Shown one piece after another: positions 39,620-48,563 of a DNA stretch of 64,000 bases. A program made the translations under genes and the position numbers. The notes beneath the pieces are model-generated. The model was given only the letters and a program-made list of their open reading frames with translations, made no database searches and had not been told where the DNA came from. Source of the DNA: a virus; IMG/VR virus record IMGVR_UViG_3300045988_132703; one strand, 5' to 3'. Position 1 is the first letter of the stretch, and the number at the start of each line of letters is the position of its first letter.

Positions 39620-39933
39620 GTGAAGAAAAAATTAAGCAGATTCAAGAGGAATATGCTAAAGATCCTGTATATAGTCACGTCGCAAAGAAGTGTGGAACAA
39701 CCGCGGCAACCGTAAAGAAATATGTATCTGGTGAAGTACCAGCTCCCGCAAAGAAAAAGAAAGATGCCGATCTCATTTATTTTGAAGACATTTCTAAACG
39801 GCTTCTTGAAGATGGCCCTATTGAGCCGCTTCCAGTCGACCAGATTAAACTCCCCGATAATTTCAAGTCGTGGACTATCCTCACCGATGCTGAACGCGCA
39901 GCGATGAATCTTAACTATATTTCAAAATATTAA
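39607..39933 (+). CDS. putative HTH DNA-binding protein
   Basis: SHVAKKCGTTAATVKKYVSG helix-turn-helix-like segment. Confidence 0.45.
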   Translation: MARLSEEKIKQIQEEYAKDPVYSHVAKKCGTTAATVKKYVSGEVPAPAKKKKDADLIYFEDISKRLLEDGPIEPLPVDQIKLPDNFKSWTILTDAERAAMNLNYISKY

Positions 39934-39948
39934 GAAAGCGAGTAAGCA

Positions 39949-40248
39949 ATGAAATATTTTCAGTGTATTGAGCATCCTTGCGACCTCTCTAAATACACTT
40001 ATGCTGTAACTGATGACTTATGTAAAGAGTTTGGTCCTCTTTGCGGTACTTATCGGATTCTTCCCGCGCGATTGCTTGGTTTGAGTTATGAGAACTATGT
40101 CGCTTATTTGTTTAAGCGATTTGGTAAAGAAATTTGCCTTCCTCATTATCTCGGTGGTCCAATGTTTAATAAGCGCGAGGATGCGATGAAAATGGCAGAA
40201 ATGCTTGAAAATAGATTTGTTTATCTCTTGGAGAATAAAAATGATTGA
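39949..40248 (+). CDS. hypothetical protein
   Basis: Track ORF. Confidence 0.55.
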   Translation: MKYFQCIEHPCDLSKYTYAVTDDLCKEFGPLCGTYRILPARLLGLSYENYVAYLFKRFGKEICLPHYLGGPMFNKREDAMKMAEMLENRFVYLLENKND

Positions 40249-40567
40249 CCCAAAGTATTATGGTGATGAACCTTTCTATGTGTGTAAAGACGAATTTGCG
40301 CCTGGCAAGTTCCGTATTAAAGAAAGTGTTATCGCTGAGAAAAAACTAGATCCAAATGGAGACCTCGGTTTTATGGACGTCGCTCAAGCACGAGTTCTCG
40401 GTTTGGACTATCCGGTATATATGAAGTTTTGTGAGAAAAATTATAGTGGGCGCGCGAATGAATCAAAGCATGGATGGACTTCACCTGTTATCCGTTTTGA
40501 AAATGAAACGCTTGCTAATTCACTATGTTTGCTCTTGAATAAGAGGTGGGGTGAATTATTTGGTTAA
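40241..40567 (+). CDS. hypothetical protein
   Basis: ATG 40241 after GGAGAATAAAA. Confidence 0.55.
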   Translation: MIDPKYYGDEPFYVCKDEFAPGKFRIKESVIAEKKLDPNGDLGFMDVAQARVLGLDYPVYMKFCEKNYSGRANESKHGWTSPVIRFENETLANSLCLLLNKRWGELFG

Positions 40568-42068
40568 TGAATTTTTTATTACAGTTCAGTTCAAGAGAAA
40601 TAAAGGTGATTTTGGCGGAAAGAACTATGTTTATAAACTAATTTCGCCAATGTATATTGGTAAACATGATGAACTGTTAATTCTTAAAGACCCAGTAAAT
40701 GAAAAAGGTTACAGTTACAATAACGAGATACTTGTTACTGGCGTCTTCGACAATTATGAAGCATATCAGAAGTATTGTAAGTTAAAGAATGTTTTTGCTT
40801 GCGCTTATGAAGATATTCTTTTCTTGCAGTATTTTAAAATTAAATATTCTGATGATATTGATTTAGTATATGAGGATCAAAATAAAACTGGGACAGTATT
40901 TTATCCTAAGATTAGTGCAATTTGGAACAATGATAAAAAATTAGCTATCATGGCTTGGCGTCCAGAGGATCAAGATATTTTAATCGATCATCAGACAATG
41001 AGTAAATTGATTGCTGATAGAACTATAAGCTGCGGACATTGCCTCCATAATTCTTATTGTGAAGAAGATTGCAAGTCTTGTTTTAATTTTGATTCTAAAA
41101 TGCCTTTTGCTTATCAGCCAAAATGTGGTCATGGCGATCTTGGTCCTATTGATACAACTAAGCAGCTTTTGAAAGTTACCGCTAAAACAGATGGAACTAT
41201 TACGAATTCTATCTCTATTGGTTCTGATTGGGTGCATAAAATGATTGCTGACCTAAAAGACCAAGTAAATAAAGAAGTTGCTGATGCATTTAACGAAAAA
41301 GAAAAAGAAAAAGAAAAGGAGTCCAAAATGGATTTTTCTAAGATGCTAAATATTGATTTTGGTAAGGTTCCTCATACTGCTGAACTTAAACCGTCTATTT
41401 ATGGCGTTGCAGTTCTTGGTTTTGATAACCGCTACCGTGCATATGATAAGATTAATGATAAGGTCATGGATGTTACTGGTATGACCTTTGATACCGATAT
41501 GTTGTTCAAGATTCCCGTGGCGGTATCTCAGGTGCGTGTTGGTGATGTCATTATTAATGCCAGTAACTATGTAACTGTTACCAATGTTCATCCCGATGGT
41601 ACTTTTACTGTTGTTGATCCCAAAGCAAGTGAACAGAAGATTGCCATTCCTGCAAAGAATATGTTTGGTTTTGATTTCGTAACTAAAATCATGTATCCTT
41701 TTGAGAATATGGTTCAGCCGAGTGACGATAATCCGTTTGGTCTGAATCCGATGACTATGATGATGCTTTCTGATGGCGCAGATATGGATATGTCTACTAT
41801 TCTGGCTCTGTCTATGATGAATGGTAATAGCGGCATGATGGATCAGAATATGCTCGTTCCGCTTATGTTGATGGGCAATAGTAAAGGCGGTAGCAAGGAT
41901 TCTCTGATTCTTGCTCTAGCAATGATGAATCAGTCTCGCCCAACTAAGAAAATCAAGCAAGAAATTCAGTCTAATGCTTTTGCAGCCCTTGAATCTTGTC
42001 CTGTCCCTCCTGAAGCTGATGAAAAGGAACCGCCCGTAGGAGTAACCGCTTGCGAAGATGACGACTAA
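40551..42068 (+). CDS. large hypothetical protein with Cys cluster and Met-rich C-terminal region
   Basis: 505-aa track ORF; CGHCLHNSYCEEDCKSC; NPMTMMMLSDGADMDMS..MMNGNSGMMDQNMLVPLMLMG. Confidence 0.65.
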   Translation: MNYLVNEFFITVQFKRNKGDFGGKNYVYKLISPMYIGKHDELLILKDPVNEKGYSYNNEILVTGVFDNYEAYQKYCKLKNVFACAYEDILFLQYFKIKYSDDIDLVYEDQNKTGTVFYPKISAIWNNDKKLAIMAWRPEDQDILIDHQTMSKLIADRTISCGHCLHNSYCEEDCKSCFNFDSKMPFAYQPKCGHGDLGPIDTTKQLLKVTAKTDGTITNSISIGSDWVHKMIADLKDQVNKEVADAFNEKEKEKEKESKMDFSKMLNIDFGKVPHTAELKPSIYGVAVLGFDNRYRAYDKINDKVMDVTGMTFDTDMLFKIPVAVSQVRVGDVIINASNYVTVTNVHPDGTFTVVDPKASEQKIAIPAKNMFGFDFVTKIMYPFENMVQPSDDNPFGLNPMTMMMLSDGADMDMSTILALSMMNGNSGMMDQNMLVPLMLMGNSKGGSKDSLILALAMMNQSRPTKKIKQEIQSNAFAALESCPVPPEADEKEPPVGVTACEDDD

Positions 42069-42078
42069 TTAAAATCTA

Positions 42079-42108
42079 GCCAGTAGATAGAAAATCTACT
42101 GGCTTTTC
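42079..42108 (+). terminator. terminator fused to cassette promoter
   Basis: GCCAGTAGAT-agaaa-ATCTACTGGC then TTTTC. Confidence 0.7.
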
Positions 42109-42110
42109 TA

Positions 42111-42139
42111 TTGACTTTTTAGCATAAGTATGCTATAAT
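42111..42139 (+). promoter_or_regulatory. early cassette promoter
   Basis: TTGACT-17-TATAAT, TGc extension. Confidence 0.7.
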
Positions 42140-42169
42140 TATTATAGAAAATGAGAGAGGAGATAAGGA

Positions 42170-42460
42170 ATGGAGAACTTTGATAGTGTAATTGAGGTTA
42201 TTCACGAAGCAATTAGTGGTTATCTTGAAGTTTTTACTACAAAAGAAGATGTCGAGCGCGCAATCAAGGAAGATATGAGTGTTATGGAAATTCCTTACAC
42301 TCTCTTTTGGAAACAGGATTATATTTCTAATTATGATGATTTAGCTGATCATGAAGCTGATGTTGTCCATATTCCGAAGTTGATCGTGCGCGGGAAGTAT
42401 CTTGGTACTTGTTTCTTTATGGAATTTTATTTTAAAAATGCAAAGGAGTTTAACTTTTAA
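42170..42460 (+). CDS. hypothetical protein
   Basis: Track ORF after cassette promoter 42111. Confidence 0.55.
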   Translation: MENFDSVIEVIHEAISGYLEVFTTKEDVERAIKEDMSVMEIPYTLFWKQDYISNYDDLADHEADVVHIPKLIVRGKYLGTCFFMEFYFKNAKEFNF

Positions 42461-42721
42461 ATGATTCTTGGTACTGCTGTTTCTCTCCAGGGTGCTCACT
42501 GGGTTCTTATCACTTTGACGACAAAGAAAGCAAAAGGCGTAGTTACGTCTAAGGTTTTTCGTCGTTTGAATCCACGCCCGAACATGAATATTAAGGAGAA
42601 GCCTTATACTCATGCCCGCGAGGCGCTATGCGAAGTGATTAATCTGAGTGAACTAAACAAACAGGAAACCGCTGATTATCAGCAATTGAAGAATTGGTGT
42701 TTTAATGTAAGGGAAAACTAA
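42461..42721 (+). CDS. hypothetical protein
   Basis: Track ORF. Confidence 0.5.
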   Translation: MILGTAVSLQGAHWVLITLTTKKAKGVVTSKVFRRLNPRPNMNIKEKPYTHAREALCEVINLSELNKQETADYQQLKNWCFNVREN

Positions 42722-42889
42722 ATGAGTAAAGCAAAATTGTTATCGCCTGAATGGTCTTCTATTGCCAAATGGTGCGAAGAAGTTGGGGTAAATCAATCAT
42801 CCGAACTGTTAAAATCAATGAGGACATGACAGATATTTATATGGATTTGCTTTCTGATGAATGGTTTGATGAAGAGAAAGGAAAAGAAT

Positions 42890-43555
42890 ATGGATTTTAA
42901 TAAGTATCCGAAAATCGAGACTTGTTTTCAGCGTTCTCTTGAGACTAAAAAACTGCTTAATGATGTCTGGCGCTCGGATGAGCTTCAGTACCTCAAGGAT
43001 TGTGAGTGGATTTGGACTGAGAAGGTCGATGGCACCAATATCCAGATTCATTGGGATGGGCATCGAGTTGAGTTCGGTGGTCGTACTGAGCGTGCGAACA
43101 TTCCTCAGCCGCTGATGGATTATCTTGAGACTACTTTTGGCGGAGAGGTTAATGAGGAGATTTTCGAGCAGCTCTTTGGCGAGACTGAGGTTGTCCTCTT
43201 TGGTGAGGGTTACGGTCCGAAGATTCAGAGTGGTGGCGGCTATCGTAAAGATGTTAGCTTTATTCTGTTCGATGTGAAGATTGGCAACTTCTGGCTTCTG
43301 CGTGACAAGGTTGAGGAGATTGCTAAGCAGCTTAACATTGATGTGGTTCCGCTGATTGGCTATGGGCCTATCCAGTTTGCTATTGATTTTGTCGAGGAGC
43401 ATCCAATGTCGCGGGTTGCACAGAATAATGGCGGCAGTGGTTGTTATATGGAGGGTTTGGTTGGCACTCCGACTGTGGGACTACTTCGCCGTAATGGTGA
43501 GCGCATCCAGGTGAAAATTAAGTGGAATGATTTTAAAGAGTTTGTAGAGGAGTAA
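42890..43555 (+). CDS. ATP-dependent RNA ligase-like nucleotidyltransferase
   Basis: Motif I EKVDGTN (KxDGxN), FGEGYG, EGLVG, QVKIKW; ATG 42890 inside track ORF 42857-43555. Confidence 0.7.
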   Translation: MDFNKYPKIETCFQRSLETKKLLNDVWRSDELQYLKDCEWIWTEKVDGTNIQIHWDGHRVEFGGRTERANIPQPLMDYLETTFGGEVNEEIFEQLFGETEVVLFGEGYGPKIQSGGGYRKDVSFILFDVKIGNFWLLRDKVEEIAKQLNIDVVPLIGYGPIQFAIDFVEEHPMSRVAQNNGGSGCYMEGLVGTPTVGLLRRNGERIQVKIKWNDFKEFVEE

Positions 43556-43558
43556 AAA

Positions 43559-44503
43559 TTGATTAATTTTATTTTTATTATTGGGCTGGCAGTGCTGGTT
43601 ATCGGCGCAATTGTTGCGTTCAATAAGGAATCGGTGATTGGAGCTATTACCTCGGTCATCCTTGGTGCAGCAATTGCCTTGTTTGGTATGTCGTTTGTTA
43701 TCATTCCTTCTGGCTATACTGGTGTAAAAACCACTTTTGGTCAGATTGCAGAAGAGACTTTGCCAAATGGTTTCAATTGGAAAGCTCCTTTCATTGAATC
43801 TATTGAGATTGTAAATAACAAGCAACAGGATGTTGGCTTCGCGCAGAAAGATTCCAAAATTTGGGGCGAGACCTCTGAAAAGGTTCCTGTTTATATGGCA
43901 GACGTAACTGTTACTTATCAGATTGATAATGAAAAGTCTGCATGGATTTATGCTAACGTCAGTGACTACAAGAGTCAGCTGATTAGTGACGCAATGGTTG
44001 CGAGCGCTCTAAAGAATGCTGCTGTTCAGTTTACTGCTGAACAGGTAACTATTCGCTCTAATATTGAGCCTACCGCGCAGAAAGAGCTTCAGGAATCCCT
44101 TAATAATAAATATGGCGAAAATGTTGTTCATATCCTCAAAGTTGTGATTAATAATATGGATTTTGAGGATAGTTACAACGAAGCTATCAATCAGAAGAAC
44201 CTTGCCGCGAAGCAGGCAGAAGCTCAGGCTATTCAGAACCAGATTGAGATTGATAAAGCAACTAAGGATGCTGAGACTCAGCGTATTGCCGCTGAAGCTC
44301 AGGCAACCGCAGAAACCGCAAAAGCACAGGGCGAAGCTGACGCAATTCGTATTAAGGTAGAAGCCGAAGCTGAAGCAAACCGTAAGCTGTCTGAAAGTTT
44401 AACTGATAATGTTTTGCGAAACAAACTGTACGATAAGTGGAACGGTGAACTTCCCAAAGTTAGCAATGATTCTGCGCCGCTTGTAAGCATTCCTCTTGAA
44501 TAA
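43559..44503 (+). CDS. SPFH/band-7 (prohibitin/HflC-like) membrane protein
   Basis: N-terminal TM helices, GYTGVKTTFGQI start of the SPFH fold, C-terminal AEAQA/EAEA coiled-coil. Confidence 0.7.
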   Translation: MINFIFIIGLAVLVIGAIVAFNKESVIGAITSVILGAAIALFGMSFVIIPSGYTGVKTTFGQIAEETLPNGFNWKAPFIESIEIVNNKQQDVGFAQKDSKIWGETSEKVPVYMADVTVTYQIDNEKSAWIYANVSDYKSQLISDAMVASALKNAAVQFTAEQVTIRSNIEPTAQKELQESLNNKYGENVVHILKVVINNMDFEDSYNEAINQKNLAAKQAEAQAIQNQIEIDKATKDAETQRIAAEAQATAETAKAQGEADAIRIKVEAEAEANRKLSESLTDNVLRNKLYDKWNGELPKVSNDSAPLVSIPLE

Positions 44504-44510
44504 AAATGAA

Positions 44511-44539
44511 AGGGTTGGAGTAAAATCCAACCCTTTTTC
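44511..44539 (+). terminator. terminator fused to cassette promoter
   Basis: AGGGTTGGA-gtaaaa-TCCAACCCT then TTTTTC. Confidence 0.7.
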
Positions 44540-44541
44540 TA

Positions 44542-44570
44542 TTGACTTTTTAAGATATATATGATATAAT
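44542..44570 (+). promoter_or_regulatory. early cassette promoter
   Basis: TTGACT-17-TATAAT, TGa extension. Confidence 0.7.
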
Positions 44571-44600
44571 TATTATAGAAAATGAAGGAGGAAGTTGAAG

Positions 44601-44834
44601 ATGATTAATTGGATTATTTGGATTATTGCACTATTAACTACTTTCATGGCGTTGGATTTTTTCTTTATTACAGTTAGATTAACGTTGTCGGAAATTCATC
44701 GCGCGCGAGCAGCAAAGAATCCATTGTGGTTAAATTTTATTATTGCGGCATTGATGCTTATGCTTTGGGGTACAGCTATTTTTATTCTTGGCGCGACAGC
44801 AAGTCTTCTTTTTCATTTGATGATTGGAGTTTAA
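44601..44834 (+). CDS. small membrane protein
   Basis: Two to three hydrophobic helices. Confidence 0.55.
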   Translation: MINWIIWIIALLTTFMALDFFFITVRLTLSEIHRARAAKNPLWLNFIIAALMLMLWGTAIFILGATASLLFHLMIGV

Positions 44835-44835
44835 A

Positions 44836-45474
44836 ATGGATTGGTTTTTCTTGGAATTAGTTATTTTTGGTAGTGTTTTGGGTTGGGCAAAGGAATCCGA
44901 ACGTGTTCTTGGGCAACATGCAGTTCAAGAGGTAACAAAAGAAAAGGTTGGCCGTTTGATGATTACTGGCGGCTGGAGTGGATTACTTTTGTATGCTGCC
45001 AATGTATATGAAAAACCAGGAGTTGGCATTCCTTCAGTTGTATTTTTGATTATTCTTTATTCTTTTTTCTATTTCGGAGCCATGGGTGTAGAATTCAACG
45101 ATAAAAATACAGTAATTCGCAATTATAAAAATCAACGTTTGTTTTCTCAAAATTATGATTGTATTTCCTACAAAGTTGTACACAATATGTATCTAATGCA
45201 TCCTGAATTATTCAAATGGGATTACAATAGTATCTATCCTGCATTTAAAGGATTAGAATTTAGAATGACTTATTTTGACTTACTCCTTTTCTCGCTTTTG
45301 TATGATAGTCCAAAAATAAAGAAGAATGGTGTTGTCTCTCAAATGATGCTTGAGCAACTTGATAAAGACATGGCGCGCATTCAAAAGGAAAAAGAGAAAT
45401 CCATTCAAGAAATAAATCATGCTTCTACCGAATTAGCTGATATTATGGCTTCAATGAAAGGAGAAATGAAGTAA
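44836..45474 (+). CDS. membrane protein, paralog A
   Basis: N-terminal TM helices; C-terminal part alignable with 45474-46118 (..MHPELFKW.. / ..LHPDKFHF.., QKEKE coiled coil). Confidence 0.6.
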   Translation: MDWFFLELVIFGSVLGWAKESERVLGQHAVQEVTKEKVGRLMITGGWSGLLLYAANVYEKPGVGIPSVVFLIILYSFFYFGAMGVEFNDKNTVIRNYKNQRLFSQNYDCISYKVVHNMYLMHPELFKWDYNSIYPAFKGLEFRMTYFDLLLFSLLYDSPKIKKNGVVSQMMLEQLDKDMARIQKEKEKSIQEINHASTELADIMASMKGEMK

Positions 45475-46118
45475 TGATTGGCTGGACGATTTTTAACTGT
45501 CTTTGTTTGGGAGCTTGCTTAATTTTTATGTTTGGCTGTGATAAGAGTTATTTGTCTAAGTTATTAAAATATGACACTGCGATGGCTGCTTATATTTTTT
45601 CTTTTATTAATGCTTGGCGAGATATACCGTGGGAAAGTAATTTAACTAATTCTTCATTCCTCTGTATGGTTGTAATTTGCGGCTCTATTGTTGCTTATGC
45701 TTGCTCGATGCTTGTAATGATACTAAATGATGGTTTGCCCAATATTAATTTTGTTAAGAAATATTTCGGAATTGATAGAGATAACCCACGAATTAATTAC
45801 AAGTTGTTTAAGCAGATGTATACCCTTCATCCTGATAAATTTCATTTTTATTCCTCTAGTTGGTCTTACAATTTCATTAACTTTAGTTTAAACTTTTTTG
45901 ATTATTTGCGCGCCTCACTTCTGGTTGAATCCAAAGAACATAGTTCTAAAAGTAAAGACCGCCAAAAAGATTATCAGCGATTGGTTTCTGAAATGCAAGC
46001 TGATCTTGAAAAAGATTTGTTGGCCGTGCAGAAAGAAAAAGAACAAGCTTTTCAAGAAATAGAAGATGCAGCAAAAGACGCACATGAGCTTTTTAAAGCT
46101 CTTTCAAAATATAATTAA
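45474..46118 (+). CDS. membrane protein, paralog B
   Basis: TAATG overlap; paralog of 44836-45474. Confidence 0.6.
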   Translation: MIGWTIFNCLCLGACLIFMFGCDKSYLSKLLKYDTAMAAYIFSFINAWRDIPWESNLTNSSFLCMVVICGSIVAYACSMLVMILNDGLPNINFVKKYFGIDRDNPRINYKLFKQMYTLHPDKFHFYSSSWSYNFINFSLNFFDYLRASLLVESKEHSSKSKDRQKDYQRLVSEMQADLEKDLLAVQKEKEQAFQEIEDAAKDAHELFKALSKYN

Positions 46119-46126
46119 TTGATTTT

Positions 46127-46159
46127 CCGCTCAGATTAAAAATCTGGGCGGTTTCTTTT
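46127..46159 (+). terminator. terminator fused to cassette promoter
   Basis: CCGCTCAGATT-aaa-AATCTGGGCGG then TTTCTTTT. Confidence 0.7.
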
Positions 46160-46188
46160 ATTGACTTTTGAACAAAATTATGCTATAA
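46160..46188 (+). promoter_or_regulatory. early cassette promoter
   Basis: TTGACT-17-TATAAT, TGc extension. Confidence 0.7.
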
Positions 46189-46221
46189 TATTTATAGAAA
46201 ATGAAGAAAGGAGATTAGAAA

Positions 46222-46713
46222 ATGAAGATTAAAGTTCTTCCGCGTGCTGAGTGTTTTGCCGCGGCACATGGTTGGGGAATCGAGTACGGTATTGCAGATT
46301 TTGATATTCCTACTTTGATTATTTCAATTTCTAGTTATGATACTCCTATTCCCAATGCTCTTGCTATTGATGCTAAGAAAAAGCCCGACATTATTAAGCA
46401 CGTTGAGTATTGTCAGTTTGACGATATTGATTGCAAAGAGCCTGTAAAAGGTCTGATTCCTATGCGCGATGTGGACGCGCAAAGAATTATTCGTGCAGTT
46501 GAGCAATGGAAAGACAAAGTTGAGCAGATTGTGGTTCATTGTGATGCTGGTTATTCTCGTAGTCCTGCTGTTGCAGCGGCTTTGGCTCTTGCTTTAAATG
46601 GCAAGGGCGCAGATGATGAGTTCTTTGTTAAAGGCAACTATTGCCCGAATATGCACGTTTACAATACAATGTTGAAAGAACTGGATGCGCGAGGTTATTT
46701 CAATGACCTATGA
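46222..46713 (+). CDS. Cys-X5-Arg phosphatase-like protein
   Basis: VHCDAGYSRS = HCxxGxxR(S/T) P-loop of Cys-based phosphatases. Confidence 0.6.
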   Translation: MKIKVLPRAECFAAAHGWGIEYGIADFDIPTLIISISSYDTPIPNALAIDAKKKPDIIKHVEYCQFDDIDCKEPVKGLIPMRDVDAQRIIRAVEQWKDKVEQIVVHCDAGYSRSPAVAAALALALNGKGADDEFFVKGNYCPNMHVYNTMLKELDARGYFNDL

Positions 46714-46753
46714 AGACCTTTAGTTATATGTAAATAATCAATATACAAACGCA

Positions 46754-47074
46754 ATGCAAGTTGGAATGTTAGGTACTGACGTTGTGATTTCAAAAGAAGA
46801 TTACTTTTCTCTTTTGGAAATTTGTAATGAATGGGATATACGATGTACGCCAGTTATTCTTGGTTTTAATTCTGTTACATATATTGAGAAAGATGGAAAA
46901 TTAGACCCAAAACCTCATTGCACATTTCTTGAAGGTATTCAAAATGCTTGTGATAAATATCTAAGAGTAATTCTTGAATGGGACGAAGATAATGCTAGTG
47001 AAGATGAAGTTTTTGAAATCATCTGGTATCCCGAAGATGAAAGCGAGGACGAAAATGACGAGGAAGAGATTTGA
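46754..47074 (+). CDS. hypothetical acidic protein
   Basis: Track ORF; DESEDENDEEEI tail. Confidence 0.5.
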   Translation: MQVGMLGTDVVISKEDYFSLLEICNEWDIRCTPVILGFNSVTYIEKDGKLDPKPHCTFLEGIQNACDKYLRVILEWDEDNASEDEVFEIIWYPEDESEDENDEEEI

Positions 47075-47240
47075 AAAATTGCTCCGTGCTGAATATACTT
47101 GGCTTTGGATGCGCGCTCCGCTTAGTTTTAGTGACTCGATGCCCATTTCGCGGATGTATCGTGACATCCCTAAGATGAGCGCGTTTGCTCGAAAAATGGG
47201 TAGATATGATACTCTTTATGACTATATGACTAATAGCTAA
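47055..47240 (+). CDS. hypothetical protein
   Basis: ATG 47055 within track ORF 46974-47240. Confidence 0.45.
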   Translation: MTRKRFEKLLRAEYTWLWMRAPLSFSDSMPISRMYRDIPKMSAFARKMGRYDTLYDYMTNS

Positions 47241-47258
47241 GAAAGGTTGGTAATTTAA

Positions 47259-47546
47259 ATGTATATGAAGTCTATGCGCGTTAAAGACGTGAATGGTAAT
47301 GAAGTTGTGGTTGGTGGCGAAGAGATTTTCCGTGCTTATAAAGATTTGGTTCAGTGGTTTATGGAGACTCGTTTTGTTTGGATTTTCAATAATTTTGGCG
47401 AACGATTTAACAGAACTGCAATCAAGCATTGCGCGCGGAAATGTACCGAAGTCGTAACTATCAATCCTGAAACGACTTCTACTTCTGAGCCAGATGATTT
47501 TGAAATGGCTGTATTTAATAAATACAGAAATGGTGATTTTGATTGA
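47259..47546 (+). CDS. hypothetical protein
   Basis: Track ORF. Confidence 0.5.
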   Translation: MYMKSMRVKDVNGNEVVVGGEEIFRAYKDLVQWFMETRFVWIFNNFGERFNRTAIKHCARKCTEVVTINPETTSTSEPDDFEMAVFNKYRNGDFD

Positions 47547-47621
47547 CTTAAAGATTGGGAACTGGAAACTAAAGTGATTGTTATTAAAGAAGATAATAAG
47601 TCTCAGGAGGACTAAAAACAT

Positions 47622-47852
47622 ATGACTCAGATTAAGACTAAAATTCGTGAAGCTCTTGACCCCAATGGCAAGAAAATTTATATTGAGCAGACTTATGTGT
47701 TGCCGCGCAAGATTCAGCGTGAGAAGGCTCGCCAGAAGCTAAAGGCAATGGGCGTACAGCATCCTAATAAGAAGCGCTGGAATGCTTATACTAGAGAGTT
47801 TGACCCGTCTCCGCTTGCAGAGCATTGGCGTGAGTATGGCGTGGAAGTTTAA
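47622..47852 (+). CDS. hypothetical basic protein
   Basis: AGGAGG then ATG 47622. Confidence 0.55.
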   Translation: MTQIKTKIREALDPNGKKIYIEQTYVLPRKIQREKARQKLKAMGVQHPNKKRWNAYTREFDPSPLAEHWREYGVEV

Positions 47853-47860
47853 TTGATTTT

Positions 47861-47886
47861 GCTGGGTAGTAATACCCAGCTTTTTC
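47861..47886 (+). terminator. terminator fused to cassette promoter
   Basis: GCTGGGTA-gtaa-TACCCAGC then TTTTTC. Confidence 0.7.
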
Positions 47887-47893
47887 TATTATA

Positions 47894-47922
47894 TTGACAA
47901 ATGAATAAAAGTATGATATAAT
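47894..47922 (+). promoter_or_regulatory. early cassette promoter
   Basis: TTGACA-17-TATAAT, TGa extension. Confidence 0.7.
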
Positions 47923-47970
47923 ATATATAGAAAATCAAAAGAAAAGAAATAAAAGGTGGTATGATATTGA

Positions 47971-48126
47971 ATGGTTTTTGCAAGTGTTCTTTTGATTGCG
48001 GCATTGATTATGAATGTACTTGCATTTGCAGTTTATGGTTTTTTATGGTTTAATTTTATTGTTTGTATTGTAGATGCAATTTTGTTAATTGTAAATTTTG
48101 TATTCTTTTTCTTTAGGGAAAAATAA
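47971..48126 (+). CDS. small membrane protein (51 aa)
   Basis: MVFASVLLIAALIMNVLAFAVYGFLWFNFIVCIVDAILLIVNFVFFFF; below the track cut-off. Confidence 0.45.
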   Translation: MVFASVLLIAALIMNVLAFAVYGFLWFNFIVCIVDAILLIVNFVFFFFREK

Positions 48127-48563
48127 TGGCGCAAAAGAATTTCTACCCGAAAAAAATTTTATATAGCTAGAAGCCACGAAAACATATTGTTTTCAACGAA
48201 AAAGATGGCTCTCTTGGAGAACAACGGATTCGAAAAATCCTTACGCAAAATCTATGTAATTTTGTCGAATAGAAGACTTTCGACGGATTGAAAGATTAGA
48301 AGCCGCTTAGATTTGATTTTTCGTTAGAGTTTAATGGTAAGGTTGTATGCTTAATTGAGTATCAAGGAGAACAGCATTTTAAAGCTGTTGAACATTTCGG
48401 TGGAATGGAAGGATTTTAGTTGCGCCAAAAGCATGATGCGATGAAATTTCAATATTGCCAATAGCATAAGATTCCGTTGTTTTATATAAGATATGATGAA
48501 GATTTAGATTAGCGGCTCGCGCAAATAATTCAATGGTATACAGTTTTTAAATGGATGGTGTAA
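48126..48563 (+). CDS. PD-(D/E)xK-like endonuclease (probable free-standing homing endonuclease)
   Basis: RFDFSLEFNGKVVCLIEYQGEQHF core; 6 in-frame TAG; no standard-code ORF in the track; TAA 48561. Confidence 0.55.

Noticed and set aside
42815-43402. Long antisense ORFs: 42815-43402 (-), 47019-47621 (-), 59449-60072 (-), 24510-24959 (-)
   Set aside because: Each lies opposite + strand genes with clear motifs or cassette context (RNA ligase, kinase-like, YqeY). The products are low-complexity with no motifs, and no minus-strand promoter or SD was seen.
24110-47925. Regularly recurring about 60-bp conserved cassettes, considered as a CRISPR-like or other spaced repeat array
   Set aside because: The spacing is 0.2-4 kb and filled with genes. 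The repeats contain -35/-10/SD elements in the correct geometry, and no cas genes are present. These are promoter cassettes, not a CRISPR array.
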